The translations under genes were made by a program, and so were the position numbers. A model generated the notes under the pieces. The model did not search any database and was not told where the DNA came from. It saw nothing but the letters and a program-made list of their open reading frames with translations. A DNA stretch of 64,000 nucleotides from Escherichia phage vB_EfeM_pEP20, in sequence record OQ743992; one strand, given 5' to 3'. Positions 25,982-35,812 of the stretch are shown here, piece after piece; positions within the stretch are counted from its first letter, which is position 1; every line of letters begins with the position of its first letter.

Positions 25982-28216
25982 CTAAACACCACAACCCTCG
26001 CAATAAGCATCTTGCAGTGCAGATTTACCTACACCAATGCGACTGTTAAGGTAGTACATGGTTTTCATACCTACTGAGTTGGCATAAATCATGTACTTCA
26101 AAGCTTGAGCTAATGATACCTTCTTAGCTTTTGCGTAGTCAACATAGAAATCTGAAGAGATAGCTTGACCAGTGAACTTTTGAACAATTGCATAACAATC
26201 AATCAGGTCAAAGGTGTCAATATCCCAAGCAATTTCATAGACATACTTCAACTCTTCGTAATCTGGAACAATAAATAGTACGTTACCAGTTGCAGACTTT
26301 TTAGTTAAAATAAAGTCACGAATTGGATACAAGCCGTTTGTCGTATTAGTTGCCAGTGAAGAACTCTCATTAGGCATGTAAGCTTCTAATACAGAGTTAC
26401 GGATTCCACCATTTTCTTTAATACGTTGTGCTAAGTCATCCCAATCATAACGAAGTTTTGCATCATGCTTCTCATCAATCTTCCTGTTAGCTGTCTTCTG
26501 AGGAACCCAACCTTCAGGATACTTCGTGAACTGCATATACTCAGGTACACCACGCTCTTTAGCAAGTCTTAAAGAAGCTTCGTGTAAGTAGTAAGAGTGC
26601 ATTTCAGCAAGTTCATGAAGCTTCGTCTTACCTGCTCTTGAAGAATAGTTCACGTAGTTTTTTGCAAGGTAATGAGCCACATTTGTAAGGCCAATCCCAA
26701 CAGAGCGACGCTTCTGAACATGGTTGCGCATCGACGGATACGGATAATCCATAAGGTCAATAACGGAGTCAACCATTGCAAGAGCATAATAAGCAACGTC
26801 AGCGTATTCATCTTCTGAAATTCTCCCTGCAACCAAACTAGCTAGGAAGCAAAGAGCTACCTCACCATCCTCTTTCACAGCATCATCTCTGTAAAGGTCT
26901 GTCTCTTTCTCAAAGCCATACACTGGCAACACAATTTCCATACAAAGATTTGACATCTTCAAAGGCTCTTTGAATGGTGTATGTGTGTTTGCATTATTTG
27001 TGAAGAATGGATACACACGACCTGTTGCATAACGCTGCTGGATAAACAGTTTAGCAATTTCACGAGCCTTTACTCGTCTGTGCTTAACACCTGAATGTAC
27101 TGCGTGACCAACTGCCATAGCAAACTCATCAGCAGATGCTGTGTAGAACATGTCATAGAGTCTTGGTGCATCCTTGTAAGAGAATAGCAACCAGTCTGTA
27201 TCATATTGAACGCACTGCCAGAAATAATCATTTGTACCAAATGAGTAGTCCATCTCGTTAATACGTTTAGAAGGAACCGTTGTAGGGTGCTTCAAACGCA
27301 GTAAATCTTCAATCTGCGGGTCTAGAGCAGTGTAGAAGTTGTTAGCTGAACCACCACGGCTCTTCTGTTTGTTTGCCTCTACAGATGAACGTACAAGCTT
27401 GTAATAAGGCAGTTTACCCATATGCTCAATAGTATTTTGACGGATACCATCACCAATAGTGCGAGTCTCCATCAGCATTCCAATACCAGCTTGCTTTGTG
27501 GTCATGTCATAGGCAACCTTTGCGGCAATACCTAGAGATTCAGCAGTATCATTCGCTTTAATCAAACAGCATGACGCATAACCTGATTTAGTAGCTCTTA
27601 AACCATTCAGATAAGGCGTAGGAGCATTAATCTTCAGGTCAGATAGGTAAGTGTACAGCTTAATAACATCTTGTAGTCTACGGTGCTTTGGTTGCTTCTC
27701 AAAGGCTTTCATAGCCATACCCATAAACATAAACTGTGGTGACTCAAAAAGTCTTCCCGTTTTAATATCACGGATACCATACTTGTCTCTAAACTGTTTC
27801 AACACTGCATAGCCGTAAGATATATCTTTTGAGTGCACAATGTACCCTTGCAGATATTCAAGTTCTTCCTGAGAATAGTCCATCTTCTCCCAAAGTCCTG
27901 CTCTCTCCATATTTTTAACGAAGGTAACCAGCGTAGGAACCTTAGTAAAGCCTCCAAAGGCTTCTTTGTAGATAATACCCAGAAGTAGCCGTCCAGCCAT
28001 GTCTGAGTACTCTTGGGTTTGTTTATCAACACAAACATCAATCATGGCTTGGTGCATCTCTTTTGTAGTGCAACCCTCGTAGACACGCTTCATGGCTTCC
28101 ATAGTGACTTCTGACCAGATAATTCCACGCTTGTCTGCCCATGATGCCCACTTATTAAGTCTTTCTGGGTCAAAGCTTACTACTGTACCGTTTGATTTTT
28201 TAATTGTCTTAATCAT
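25982..28216 (-). CDS. nrdA: Ribonucleotide reductase class I large subunit
   Basis: 744 aa; N-terminal ATP-cone-like region; C-terminal CEGCGV redox pair; nrdA-nrdB synteny. Confidence 0.85.
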   Translation of the reverse strand: MIKTIKKSNGTVVSFDPERLNKWASWADKRGIIWSEVTMEAMKRVYEGCTTKEMHQAMIDVCVDKQTQEYSDMAGRLLLGIIYKEAFGGFTKVPTLVTFVKNMERAGLWEKMDYSQEELEYLQGYIVHSKDISYGYAVLKQFRDKYGIRDIKTGRLFESPQFMFMGMAMKAFEKQPKHRRLQDVIKLYTYLSDLKINAPTPYLNGLRATKSGYASCCLIKANDTAESLGIAAKVAYDMTTKQAGIGMLMETRTIGDGIRQNTIEHMGKLPYYKLVRSSVEANKQKSRGGSANNFYTALDPQIEDLLRLKHPTTVPSKRINEMDYSFGTNDYFWQCVQYDTDWLLFSYKDAPRLYDMFYTASADEFAMAVGHAVHSGVKHRRVKAREIAKLFIQQRYATGRVYPFFTNNANTHTPFKEPLKMSNLCMEIVLPVYGFEKETDLYRDDAVKEDGEVALCFLASLVAGRISEDEYADVAYYALAMVDSVIDLMDYPYPSMRNHVQKRRSVGIGLTNVAHYLAKNYVNYSSRAGKTKLHELAEMHSYYLHEASLRLAKERGVPEYMQFTKYPEGWVPQKTANRKIDEKHDAKLRYDWDDLAQRIKENGGIRNSVLEAYMPNESSSLATNTTNGLYPIRDFILTKKSATGNVLFIVPDYEELKYVYEIAWDIDTFDLIDCYAIVQKFTGQAISSDFYVDYAKAKKVSLAQALKYMIYANSVGMKTMYYLNSRIGVGKSALQDAYCEGCGV

Positions 28217-28235
28217 TTTTGAATCCTACAGGTGA

Positions 28236-28256
28236 AAAGAGCCTCCGAAGAGGCTC
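28236..28256 (-). promoter_or_regulatory. Stem-loop (GAGCCUC-UUCG-GAGGCUC) 20 nt upstream of the nrdA RBS; weak terminator or processing/stability element
   Basis: Perfect 7-bp stem followed by only U4. Confidence 0.4.
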
Positions 28257-28262
28257 CCTAGT

Positions 28263-28637
28263 TTAAATCTTGAAAATTTGCTCATTCTGCCACATATCGT
28301 AAAACTTATCACTTACTTTTGTGACTGAAGAAGTGTGCATACAATTCAGTAAGAACCATGAGGATGTATTATCCTCCATAAGTGTTTCAAGTTTTTGTGT
28401 GGCATTCACATCCATGTCTGAAACAACGTAATTACCTCGCATCTTGCAAACAATTCTTCCAAACAAGATTGCACTTCTACCTCTTCGGTCGTCACAGTAC
28501 ATAACTGTGTCTCCGTGCTTAACATCTTGTCCGATACTATCAACACCTAATTTAGCACCTGAGATAATGTCATCATAAGATAACTTTTTTTGCTTTAGAC
28601 ACGGTATTTCTCCAAGTTTCTTTTTAGATATAGCCAA
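28263..28637 (-). CDS. Hypothetical protein (124 aa)
   Basis: ORF. Confidence 0.4.
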   Translation of the reverse strand: MAISKKKLGEIPCLKQKKLSYDDIISGAKLGVDSIGQDVKHGDTVMYCDDRRGRSAILFGRIVCKMRGNYVVSDMDVNATQKLETLMEDNTSSWFLLNCMHTSSVTKVSDKFYDMWQNEQIFKI

Positions 28638-28927
28638 CCATAGTCAGTTCTTTCTACACCCATGAAGAGTGGAGCCATTACAACTTTACCAAAAGTATTC
28701 CTGTGTTGACAGATTTCAAAAGAATACTCTTTCTCAATATCAATCCCGTATTTGTATAGGACTGCTTTTAAAACTTGTTCATTATCCAGAAGTGTATCTG
28801 GAGTCTCACCATACTTCTCAAGTAACGGGTCATTCATAAACACCGTCATAGAGATATTGTAGTTTGAGAAGTGGCTCTTCTGAGCCACACCTTCTTTATT
28901 AATGTTCTGTGAATCCATTATAACCAA
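28595..28927 (-). CDS. Hypothetical protein (110 aa)
   Basis: ORF. Confidence 0.4.
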   Translation of the reverse strand: MVIMDSQNINKEGVAQKSHFSNYNISMTVFMNDPLLEKYGETPDTLLDNEQVLKAVLYKYGIDIEKEYSFEICQHRNTFGKVVMAPLFMGVERTDYGWLYLKRNLEKYRV

Positions 28928-29654
28928 CCCCTTTTAACCAGCACTTCAGGTTATTAGCATCATAATTCAGTTTCGGGTATGAGGTTACATGGAACTGCTC
29001 ACCATCATAGTAGACAATATCTGCAATCCATAGTCCGTTCTCTTTACAGAAATCTTTATCTGCTTTAGAGGTAATTGGATTAACTTCTACAAAACCATCT
29101 ACACCCAAATCCTTTAAGCTACATACAATACCTTTGCAGATAACGCATGTATCAGATACTACCACAAAAAGTTCTTGGCTTTCAAGTTCTACAATGTATT
29201 CACCAAGTTGAACTTTAGGGAGATTTGATTGCTTCATAATCTTCCCATCGGCTGCACGGGCAATCGCATACCACTCTTTACCATCAACTACTGACATTCT
29301 GATGATACACTCTTGACCAGTACGCTTCTCAATATCTGCAAGACGTTTTAAAGCTTCTTCATAGTCGTCTGTGTACTTCAGGTCATTATTATGGCAAACA
29401 GCTTCCATAGCACCATTGTGGTCATGTTGTGACAGATAAATTAGACCGTCAAGAACATATTGCAAATCTGCCTGAGCATCCAGTGTCTCAATGGGGTCTT
29501 TCTCTTCAATTGCTTTTACAAGCTCTTTTGCTTCTTCAAGCATACACAGAGACTGGGATTTCAAAGATTCCCAATACTCATCACTGTAAGGTTGCTTTTG
29601 GGTGTTTCCGCAACGAAGATTCCAGTTTTTTACTGATTCTCTTGAGTTAAACAT
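28899..29654 (-). CDS. Hypothetical protein (251 aa)
   Basis: ORF; no confident motif. Confidence 0.4.
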   Translation of the reverse strand: MFNSRESVKNWNLRCGNTQKQPYSDEYWESLKSQSLCMLEEAKELVKAIEEKDPIETLDAQADLQYVLDGLIYLSQHDHNGAMEAVCHNNDLKYTDDYEEALKRLADIEKRTGQECIIRMSVVDGKEWYAIARAADGKIMKQSNLPKVQLGEYIVELESQELFVVVSDTCVICKGIVCSLKDLGVDGFVEVNPITSKADKDFCKENGLWIADIVYYDGEQFHVTSYPKLNYDANNLKCWLKGVGYNGFTEH

Positions 29655-29892
29655 TCGGACTCCTTAAAAATCTATTAACTTTTAGCTCTCGTGTTTCAAT
29701 ATATTCCAGATGCTCACGTAACTCTTGACGTTTAAGCATTAGGTGCTGCATTTGAGATTCAACAGCTTCAACTTCTTTAATTATTGACTCTCTGGCATTT
29801 GCAAGAATGCGCTCAAGTTCTTCAATCTTGCTGTCAACCTTTGCTACATGGCTCACAGCTTTACTTTTGTTAAACATTTTATTCTCTCTCAA
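29647..29892 (-). CDS. Small coiled-coil protein (81 aa)
   Basis: ORF; charged heptad-like sequence. Confidence 0.4.
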   Translation of the reverse strand: MRENKMFNKSKAVSHVAKVDSKIEELERILANARESIIKEVEAVESQMQHLMLKRQELREHLEYIETRELKVNRFLRSPNV

Positions 29893-29898
29893 TAGTTA

Positions 29899-30396
29899 TC
29901 AAGCACAGTTTGATTTCATTACCTTATGGATTCTTTTTTCAGCATCTTCATAAGTTTCTTTAGTAATAAACTTAATTGCTGCAATATTGGCATTGTAGAA
30001 GAGTCTGAGCTTAGAGTCAATCCTTTTTGTCATGACATCGAATTTATGTTGAAGGTTTGCTTCGCCATAAACTAGACCACCTTTCGTGTAGTAGGTTTGG
30101 ATAATGTAAAAGTCAAAAAATTCTTTTCCAAAGCTCTCAATATCCTTTTTAATATACTCAGAAGAAGTCTCATAAGTCATCCAATCACTCTCCTTAGTGA
30201 CTACCTTCTTCCGAGTCTTACCAGCAACTTTTCTTTTGGTCACACTATTAAGCTGTTTCTTTCCGATATAATATTGTCCGGTTTTCTTACAGTGTACTAA
30301 ATAGACAAAGCCAAAATGTTTAGTGGGGTCAACTTCCCCACATAAAGATACCCAATGACCATAGGTAGGACAATTGCCAAATCCTTTAATCTTCAT
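29899..30396 (-). CDS. Putative GIY-YIG-type homing endonuclease-like protein (165 aa)
   Basis: FGFVYLVHCKKTGQYYIGKK resembles the GIY-x10-YIG motif. Confidence 0.4.
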   Translation of the reverse strand: MKIKGFGNCPTYGHWVSLCGEVDPTKHFGFVYLVHCKKTGQYYIGKKQLNSVTKRKVAGKTRKKVVTKESDWMTYETSSEYIKKDIESFGKEFFDFYIIQTYYTKGGLVYGEANLQHKFDVMTKRIDSKLRLFYNANIAAIKFITKETYEDAEKRIHKVMKSNCA

Positions 30397-31426
30397 TCAT
30401 ACACGGCTCCCAATTATATTTCTTAAAAGAGAAATTATCTTTTGGATTTCTCTCTTGATATGCTATCCAGAAATGCTGCTCCATTAACTCTAATGGTGTC
30501 TTTGTGATAGTCTGTCCATCCCATGATACATAGGTGTATGACTCTTTTTTAGCATAGAGTTCATAGATAGCATCAAGGCACTCTTTATAGGTCTCTTTAC
30601 CATCTAAAGCATTCATCACAGCTACTTTACCAGCACCTTTAAGGCCGAAGTAGTTATCTGCATTATCCCCAGCAACAGCCTGATAACACAAGAATTTAAA
30701 ACCTACACCAACTGTTTTTGCAGCTTTTGGTTTTGATTTGATAGGACAATCCCAGATATCTCCAACATTATTGTCAGCAATAAAAATTAGTGGTGACTTC
30801 TCATAGGTCATATCAATACAATAAGTCCCTTCAGCTTGTCGAAGGTCTTTGTCAATACTCATAAGAGCAGCCTTCTTACCCATCTTTTCAGCTTTAGCAA
30901 TTACGATGGAGTCGGCTTCGAAGCCTCCCTTTAAGAGCTTGAACTCTGGTCTTGACAGAAGATATTCACGACAAGCAACTAAGTGTGTTGGTGTGACAGC
31001 ATCTTTACGGTTACCTTGATATTGGTGCTCAAGACCTTTCACGTCTTTATGTTTATGTACACCTTTCTCTGTTAAGTAACCTACCCAAGTTCTTTCTTTA
31101 CCAACAACCTTAAGCCATTCCTGAAGAACCTGCTGAGTAGCCATGATAGCTTCTTTTTCACTCTTAGCTTCTTTCCAAGTCTGTCTTTCCCATTCATCTT
31201 CATCAAATGCTAGGCCAAGCTCTTCTACAAGGATTCTCTGGTCTGCTAACCATCTTGCAGCATCTTTTGCATTATCAAATGGTTCAGATTCTTCTGCTGT
31301 GAGTTTATTGACATATTTATATTTTGCTTTCTCAACTACACAAGCACCTTTATAGGCAATACTATCAGAGTCAATAAAGACATGTGTAACTGAATCGGGA
31401 AGTTTTGTTAGCGTATACTTCTCCAT
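30386..31426 (-). CDS. 5'-3' exonuclease / flap endonuclease (T4 RNase H-like)
   Basis: VFIDSDSIAYKG (compare T4 ICLIDFSQIA), GFEADSIVIA (EADD-type motif), SIDKD. Confidence 0.6.
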   Translation of the reverse strand: MEKYTLTKLPDSVTHVFIDSDSIAYKGACVVEKAKYKYVNKLTAEESEPFDNAKDAARWLADQRILVEELGLAFDEDEWERQTWKEAKSEKEAIMATQQVLQEWLKVVGKERTWVGYLTEKGVHKHKDVKGLEHQYQGNRKDAVTPTHLVACREYLLSRPEFKLLKGGFEADSIVIAKAEKMGKKAALMSIDKDLRQAEGTYCIDMTYEKSPLIFIADNNVGDIWDCPIKSKPKAAKTVGVGFKFLCYQAVAGDNADNYFGLKGAGKVAVMNALDGKETYKECLDAIYELYAKKESYTYVSWDGQTITKTPLELMEQHFWIAYQERNPKDNFSFKKYNWEPCMNED

Positions 31427-31488
31427 TGTGACTCTCCATATGAAAAAGCCCCATACTAAGTACAGGGCTTTAAAGTAACTTTTAGAGA

Positions 31489-32346
31489 TTAGTCTTCTGT
31501 ATCGAAGTCTTCATCTCCTTCGTCATCTGGGTCTGGCAAGTCTTCGTCGTCACCATCATCAGAATCATTCGAAGGTTTGTGGTCTTTTGCGTCTTCTTCA
31601 GTGATTTCACCGTTATCTTCAACACCATCAAGACCAAGCATAGCCAGTTCGTCTTCATCCAGTTCAGGTTCGCCATTAGCACCGTTACCACCAGTGTAAG
31701 GTACAAGGGTATCAATGATAAACTGTTCCTGAATAGGTTTTGTCAGAACATTGTTCTCAAAGGTGTAGAAGTGAGTAGAAAGAATCACACTACCAAAAGA
31801 ACCATTACCAACTGCAATATCTGGATGAATTACATCATAGTTCTTGTCATCTTCATGCTTATCAGATGCTTGAGCTTTGATTTTCTTCATCGGCTGTTTA
31901 ACAGCTACACGCTTACCATTTACTTCTTCAATCAGCATTACAGGGAATGACTGTTTAGCTGTCCACACAGCACCATCTTTATAAGCTGCTGCACGACTTA
32001 CTTTCAAGATGTAGTAAGTGTCTGCTTCAAAAGGTGGTTTGCAACCAAACTTCTCTTCGAAGTCATCTGCATCAACTGCTTCAGTAGTAACTTTATCCCA
32101 ACCTTCTGGGTTTTTCTTAGACTTAGTGAACTCTTTAAACAGCTTGTTACCATCTTCTGCCAGAATTGAAACACTATAGTTGCAGTCTTTTCCTGGGAAT
32201 TTCTTATCAATGGATTTACCTTTTCCCGGACGTGGTGAAGTGTTCAGGTAATAAAACCAAACATCTTTCAGCAGGTAACGCAGAGTTTGACGTTCAGTAC
32301 CATTGTACTTCTCTACCGGAGCTTTCATTTTAACAACTTTAGACAT
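31489..32346 (-). CDS. Putative ssDNA-binding protein (T7 gp2.5-like architecture: globular domain plus acidic C-terminal tail)
   Basis: C-terminal DDGDDEDLPDPDDEGDEDFDTED; located between primase-helicase and FEN. Confidence 0.45.
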   Translation of the reverse strand: MSKVVKMKAPVEKYNGTERQTLRYLLKDVWFYYLNTSPRPGKGKSIDKKFPGKDCNYSVSILAEDGNKLFKEFTKSKKNPEGWDKVTTEAVDADDFEEKFGCKPPFEADTYYILKVSRAAAYKDGAVWTAKQSFPVMLIEEVNGKRVAVKQPMKKIKAQASDKHEDDKNYDVIHPDIAVGNGSFGSVILSTHFYTFENNVLTKPIQEQFIIDTLVPYTGGNGANGEPELDEDELAMLGLDGVEDNGEITEEDAKDHKPSNDSDDGDDEDLPDPDDEGDEDFDTED

Positions 32347-32418
32347 TATTTAAACCTCTATCTCAATTTATGAAGAGTACCAATTCTAATTTGTTGATAC
32401 TCTATTGTCAAACATTAA

Positions 32419-32568
32419 TTACTGGAAGTTGTGCTTATCTTTAGAAGCTGCTTTACGTGCAGTTTTTCCAGTTCTTACACGCTTCTCTTCATAGTATTTT
32501 GCTGGTTTTCCAGCAGTGGCTTTTAAGGAATCCCCAAAAACTTTTTCAAATGCTTTAGAGTGTTTCAT
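32419..32568 (-). CDS. Small basic protein (49 aa), absent from the ORF track
   Basis: Hand translation MKHSKAFEKVFGDSLKATAGKPAKYYEEKRVRTGKTARKAASKDKHNFQ; RBS GGAGAA; ATGA overlap with upstream stop. Confidence 0.3.
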   Translation of the reverse strand: MKHSKAFEKVFGDSLKATAGKPAKYYEEKRVRTGKTARKAASKDKHNFQ

Positions 32569-32846
32569 GATATTCTCCGATATACTTGATATTCAAACAC
32601 ATTTTCTTTAATTATAAACAGCCAACCAATATTATGTCGAGGTATAGTAATAGTGACTGTTATTATACTGTGATGGAACTTTTCTTCTACCTCAACGCCT
32701 CCATCACATTTCATGTAGAGCATTCTATAGAACCTATCAACCTTTGTCAAACACTCTTCCTGAAATTCATTTAAACTTTTTTCTTCAAAGAAGGGTATGA
32801 ACCCCTCTCTTTTATAACTATCACTCAGTTTCGAATGGGCAGTCAT
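32565..32846 (-). CDS. Hypothetical protein (about 93 aa)
   Basis: Start moved to ATG (MTAHSK...) 6 nt after GAGG; overlaps primase-helicase 3' end. Confidence 0.35.
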   Translation of the reverse strand: MTAHSKLSDSYKREGFIPFFEEKSLNEFQEECLTKVDRFYRMLYMKCDGGVEVEEKFHHSIITVTITIPRHNIGWLFIIKENVFEYQVYRRIS

Positions 32847-34806
32847 CTGCATCCTCACTTAATACAGGTGGAATCGTTGAGCTTTGACGCTGCTCTTCAG
32901 TATAAACTTCACCAGTCTCACGGTCAAACACTTCATCCTCGTAATGAGGTAAGGAGTCATCATAATGGTCTTCAGCTTCACCAATACCAAACTGTTGACG
33001 AATATTCTCTGCTGCACCATCAATGTCAACACCACACCCAGAAGCTTTGATAAGACGTCCTGTGTCTGGATTGTACCAAGTATGACCAGCGATACCTGTT
33101 GACTTACCATGACGACGACACTTAGTTAACTTGATTTTTGTCAAGTTTTTCTTAACAGGGTCTGGGTCAACCTTGTTACGCATTAACAGAATGTTGTTCA
33201 TGGAAATCTGGAAGTATGCACCAGAACCCTTAATGTCCTCTTCAGAGATATCTCCACCTTCAGAGTTAGCTTTCTGACCACCTGCACTCTTACGAACGTG
33301 ACAGACGTTAACCTGTGCATACTGATAGCGTTTGCAACGACGCAGTAGTTCAGACAAAACTTCCTCTTCATCAGTATCAGAACGTGACAGAGCCAACGTA
33401 ATAGGGTCAAGAATAATAATCTTACAGTCTAAACTGTTAACAAGATAGTCAACAAATTCCAGCAGGTTATCTTGGTCAATTGCCCCTTGATGGTCAACGA
33501 TATGGATACGACGGCCTTTAGATAGTTCTGCGTGTGCTTCCTTCAATTCATCCCAATCACGTTCGTCATAAGGAATCTCAGAAATCTGCTTGCTTAGGTG
33601 AATTGCACAGAGCATCTCCATCAACTCTTCATAGGTGTCTTCTACAGGAATTACACCGATATTGTAATCAGTTTCTTTCCAAGCTGAATAAATCATCTCA
33701 CGAGTGTAAGCTGACTTACCTACTGAAGATGGTGCTGCAATAGTTGTAATCTCACCTAAACCATAACCACCATAAGTCAGCCTGTTCAAATCCCCGAAAG
33801 ATTCTGGGAAAGGAATCAATGGAATCTGACCACGATTCTTCATTGCCTCAAAACCATCTGCAAAGTTCTTGATACCAGCAGGACAGTAACGAGGTGCATT
33901 GTAGATACGCTGCTTAAATCCTTCCAGAACTGTGTCTTTCTCTTTATAGAACTTTGTCCACCATTCATTAAGGTCTTTTACACCTTCTGGATACTGGAAC
34001 AAACGAACCTTCTCAATAGGTAAGATGCCAGCAGCCTCTTTTGTTGCTTTAGCACCTGCTTCATCGTTATCAAAGCACAAGTAAATCTCATCAAATGATG
34101 TGATGTACTGATAGTTGTCTTTGATAGACTTAATGTTTGCACCTGATGGAACAGATACGTGACAGTAATTCTTACGACGAGACTTATCTTTAATTGCCAG
34201 AGAAGTCATGTAGATAGCTGTCGCACATTCCATCTCACCTTCCCAGATGAATAGTCGGTTCCCACCTTCTGGAGCAATCCATGAACCGAACATTGCCAGT
34301 TCACCTTTAATATCTCCAACACCACCTGAAAAGTCTTTTAACTTACCACGTAGGTGTTCTTTTGGATGGTCTTCTGGGTAACGGTGACGAACACGGTAAC
34401 CAACATGTTCTAGCTTGCCATCTTCATTACGTTTGTAAGTCGGATAGAAATGTGCATCAATTTCACCGTCACTATCAATGTCAACCTTAATACCTAAACG
34501 CTCAAGGACTTTTGCAGGAATCTTCCTGTCTTTCAAATCCATTGCTTCTAGGTTTTCTTTTACATCATCTAAATCCATTCCACGGAAAGTACGGTTTTTA
34601 TTATCTGAACCAGTAGAATAAGTGCTCACGATTTGTCCTTTATCAAAATCCCACTCTGGGAAACCTTTGTTACAGCTAAAGCAAGTCATCGAATAAGAAC
34701 CATCGTCATGATGGTAGATTGAACCCGCATCTGATGAACCACAACGTGGACATGCACAATGACCAATAAACTGACCAGCCTCTTTCAATTTACGACCTTT
34801 AGACAT
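32821..34806 (-). CDS. DNA primase-helicase (T7 gp4-like: zinc ribbon, primase/TOPRIM region, DnaB-type helicase)
   Basis: CACPRCGSSD...CFSC zinc finger; Walker A GEITTIAAPSSVGKS; start moved to ATG (MSKGRK...). Confidence 0.75.
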   Translation of the reverse strand: MSKGRKLKEAGQFIGHCACPRCGSSDAGSIYHHDDGSYSMTCFSCNKGFPEWDFDKGQIVSTYSTGSDNKNRTFRGMDLDDVKENLEAMDLKDRKIPAKVLERLGIKVDIDSDGEIDAHFYPTYKRNEDGKLEHVGYRVRHRYPEDHPKEHLRGKLKDFSGGVGDIKGELAMFGSWIAPEGGNRLFIWEGEMECATAIYMTSLAIKDKSRRKNYCHVSVPSGANIKSIKDNYQYITSFDEIYLCFDNDEAGAKATKEAAGILPIEKVRLFQYPEGVKDLNEWWTKFYKEKDTVLEGFKQRIYNAPRYCPAGIKNFADGFEAMKNRGQIPLIPFPESFGDLNRLTYGGYGLGEITTIAAPSSVGKSAYTREMIYSAWKETDYNIGVIPVEDTYEELMEMLCAIHLSKQISEIPYDERDWDELKEAHAELSKGRRIHIVDHQGAIDQDNLLEFVDYLVNSLDCKIIILDPITLALSRSDTDEEEVLSELLRRCKRYQYAQVNVCHVRKSAGGQKANSEGGDISEEDIKGSGAYFQISMNNILLMRNKVDPDPVKKNLTKIKLTKCRRHGKSTGIAGHTWYNPDTGRLIKASGCGVDIDGAAENIRQQFGIGEAEDHYDDSLPHYEDEVFDRETGEVYTEEQRQSSTIPPVLSEDADDCPFETE

Positions 34807-34999
34807 TAGCACCTCTTCGTTGCAGTTCTGCCTTCAATCCATTTTCAATCTTGTCCAGTTCATGAATCTCATCTGCAATCTCTTTCCTTCGTGATTCAAC
34901 TCTCTTAAGACGTTCAATCATTACCTCATTGGAAAGAGATGAGAGTTCCACTAAACGATGGTCAATAACCTTAAAATTATCTTTTACTCTCATCTTCAT
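34799..34999 (-). CDS. Small coiled-coil protein (66 aa)
   Basis: ORF; stop overlaps primase start. Confidence 0.4.
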   Translation of the reverse strand: MKMRVKDNFKVIDHRLVELSSLSNEVMIERLKRVESRRKEIADEIHELDKIENGLKAELQRRGANV

Positions 35000-35007
35000 T
35001 CTCTCTT

Positions 35008-35751
35008 TTAAATTTTCAGGATAGCTCTTAGCTTACTTTCAAGGTCTGCAAGAGTACCATTATTATGGATAATGTCACGCGCATATTTGGTAGAAATTCC
35101 ATTTTCTGAAACATGTGATGAAACCTTGTCCACATTGTCTCTTTTTACTTCAATAGTCTGGTGTGCAAATCTACTCAGCCACTCAGCTTCAGAGTCAAAC
35201 CTTAAGTCACTGATTAAAACAACACCCTCTTGATTCATAAGTGAACAAGATTCAAAGAAGCGAGCCATTCGTTTTTCAAGGTCTTTAGCCCAGAATTTGT
35301 CACCCATAACTTTACGGATAACTTCGGTGCCCCAAATCTGTTGAATCTGTCTTGATGAGAATTTATACTTTTTACTAAATCCAAGACGTGTTAATATGGT
35401 AGGTTTAGCAACCTTCTTCAGTTCCATAATTAATCGTCCTGTTAACTCTGACATAAGTTTGAAGTCCGTATGGTAACGTTCGCCTCTGAAGGTAAACTCC
35501 ATAGCTTCTGTAACTTTGAACAGGAGTTCAGAGTATGATAAATCAAAAACCTGTGGAATCTCTTTAGTTTCACCGTACAGGTCATTCCAAGTCAGGTCAA
35601 ATATCTTTGATGCAGAGAGTTTAAGATTATCTGCATAGGCCATCACTTCAACATTGTAGCCGTACTCATCCTCTAAGATGTTCTTCACAATAGAACATGA
35701 AGTGTCTTTTCCAGAACGTGCCTTTCCAGTAAATGCAATAATATTACTCAT
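35008..35751 (-). CDS. Deoxynucleoside monophosphate kinase (T4 gp1-like)
   Basis: P-loop FTGKARSGKDT (compare T4 LSGVKRSGKDT); C-terminus NNGTLADLESKLRAILKI resembles T4 gp1 C-terminus. Confidence 0.7.
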   Translation of the reverse strand: MSNIIAFTGKARSGKDTSCSIVKNILEDEYGYNVEVMAYADNLKLSASKIFDLTWNDLYGETKEIPQVFDLSYSELLFKVTEAMEFTFRGERYHTDFKLMSELTGRLIMELKKVAKPTILTRLGFSKKYKFSSRQIQQIWGTEVIRKVMGDKFWAKDLEKRMARFFESCSLMNQEGVVLISDLRFDSEAEWLSRFAHQTIEVKRDNVDKVSSHVSENGISTKYARDIIHNNGTLADLESKLRAILKI

Positions 35752-35812
35752 TCTATCTCCCTTAATTACTAAAAAGCCCCCAACTAAGGAGGCTTGTAAG
35801 ATTTATAAAGAC

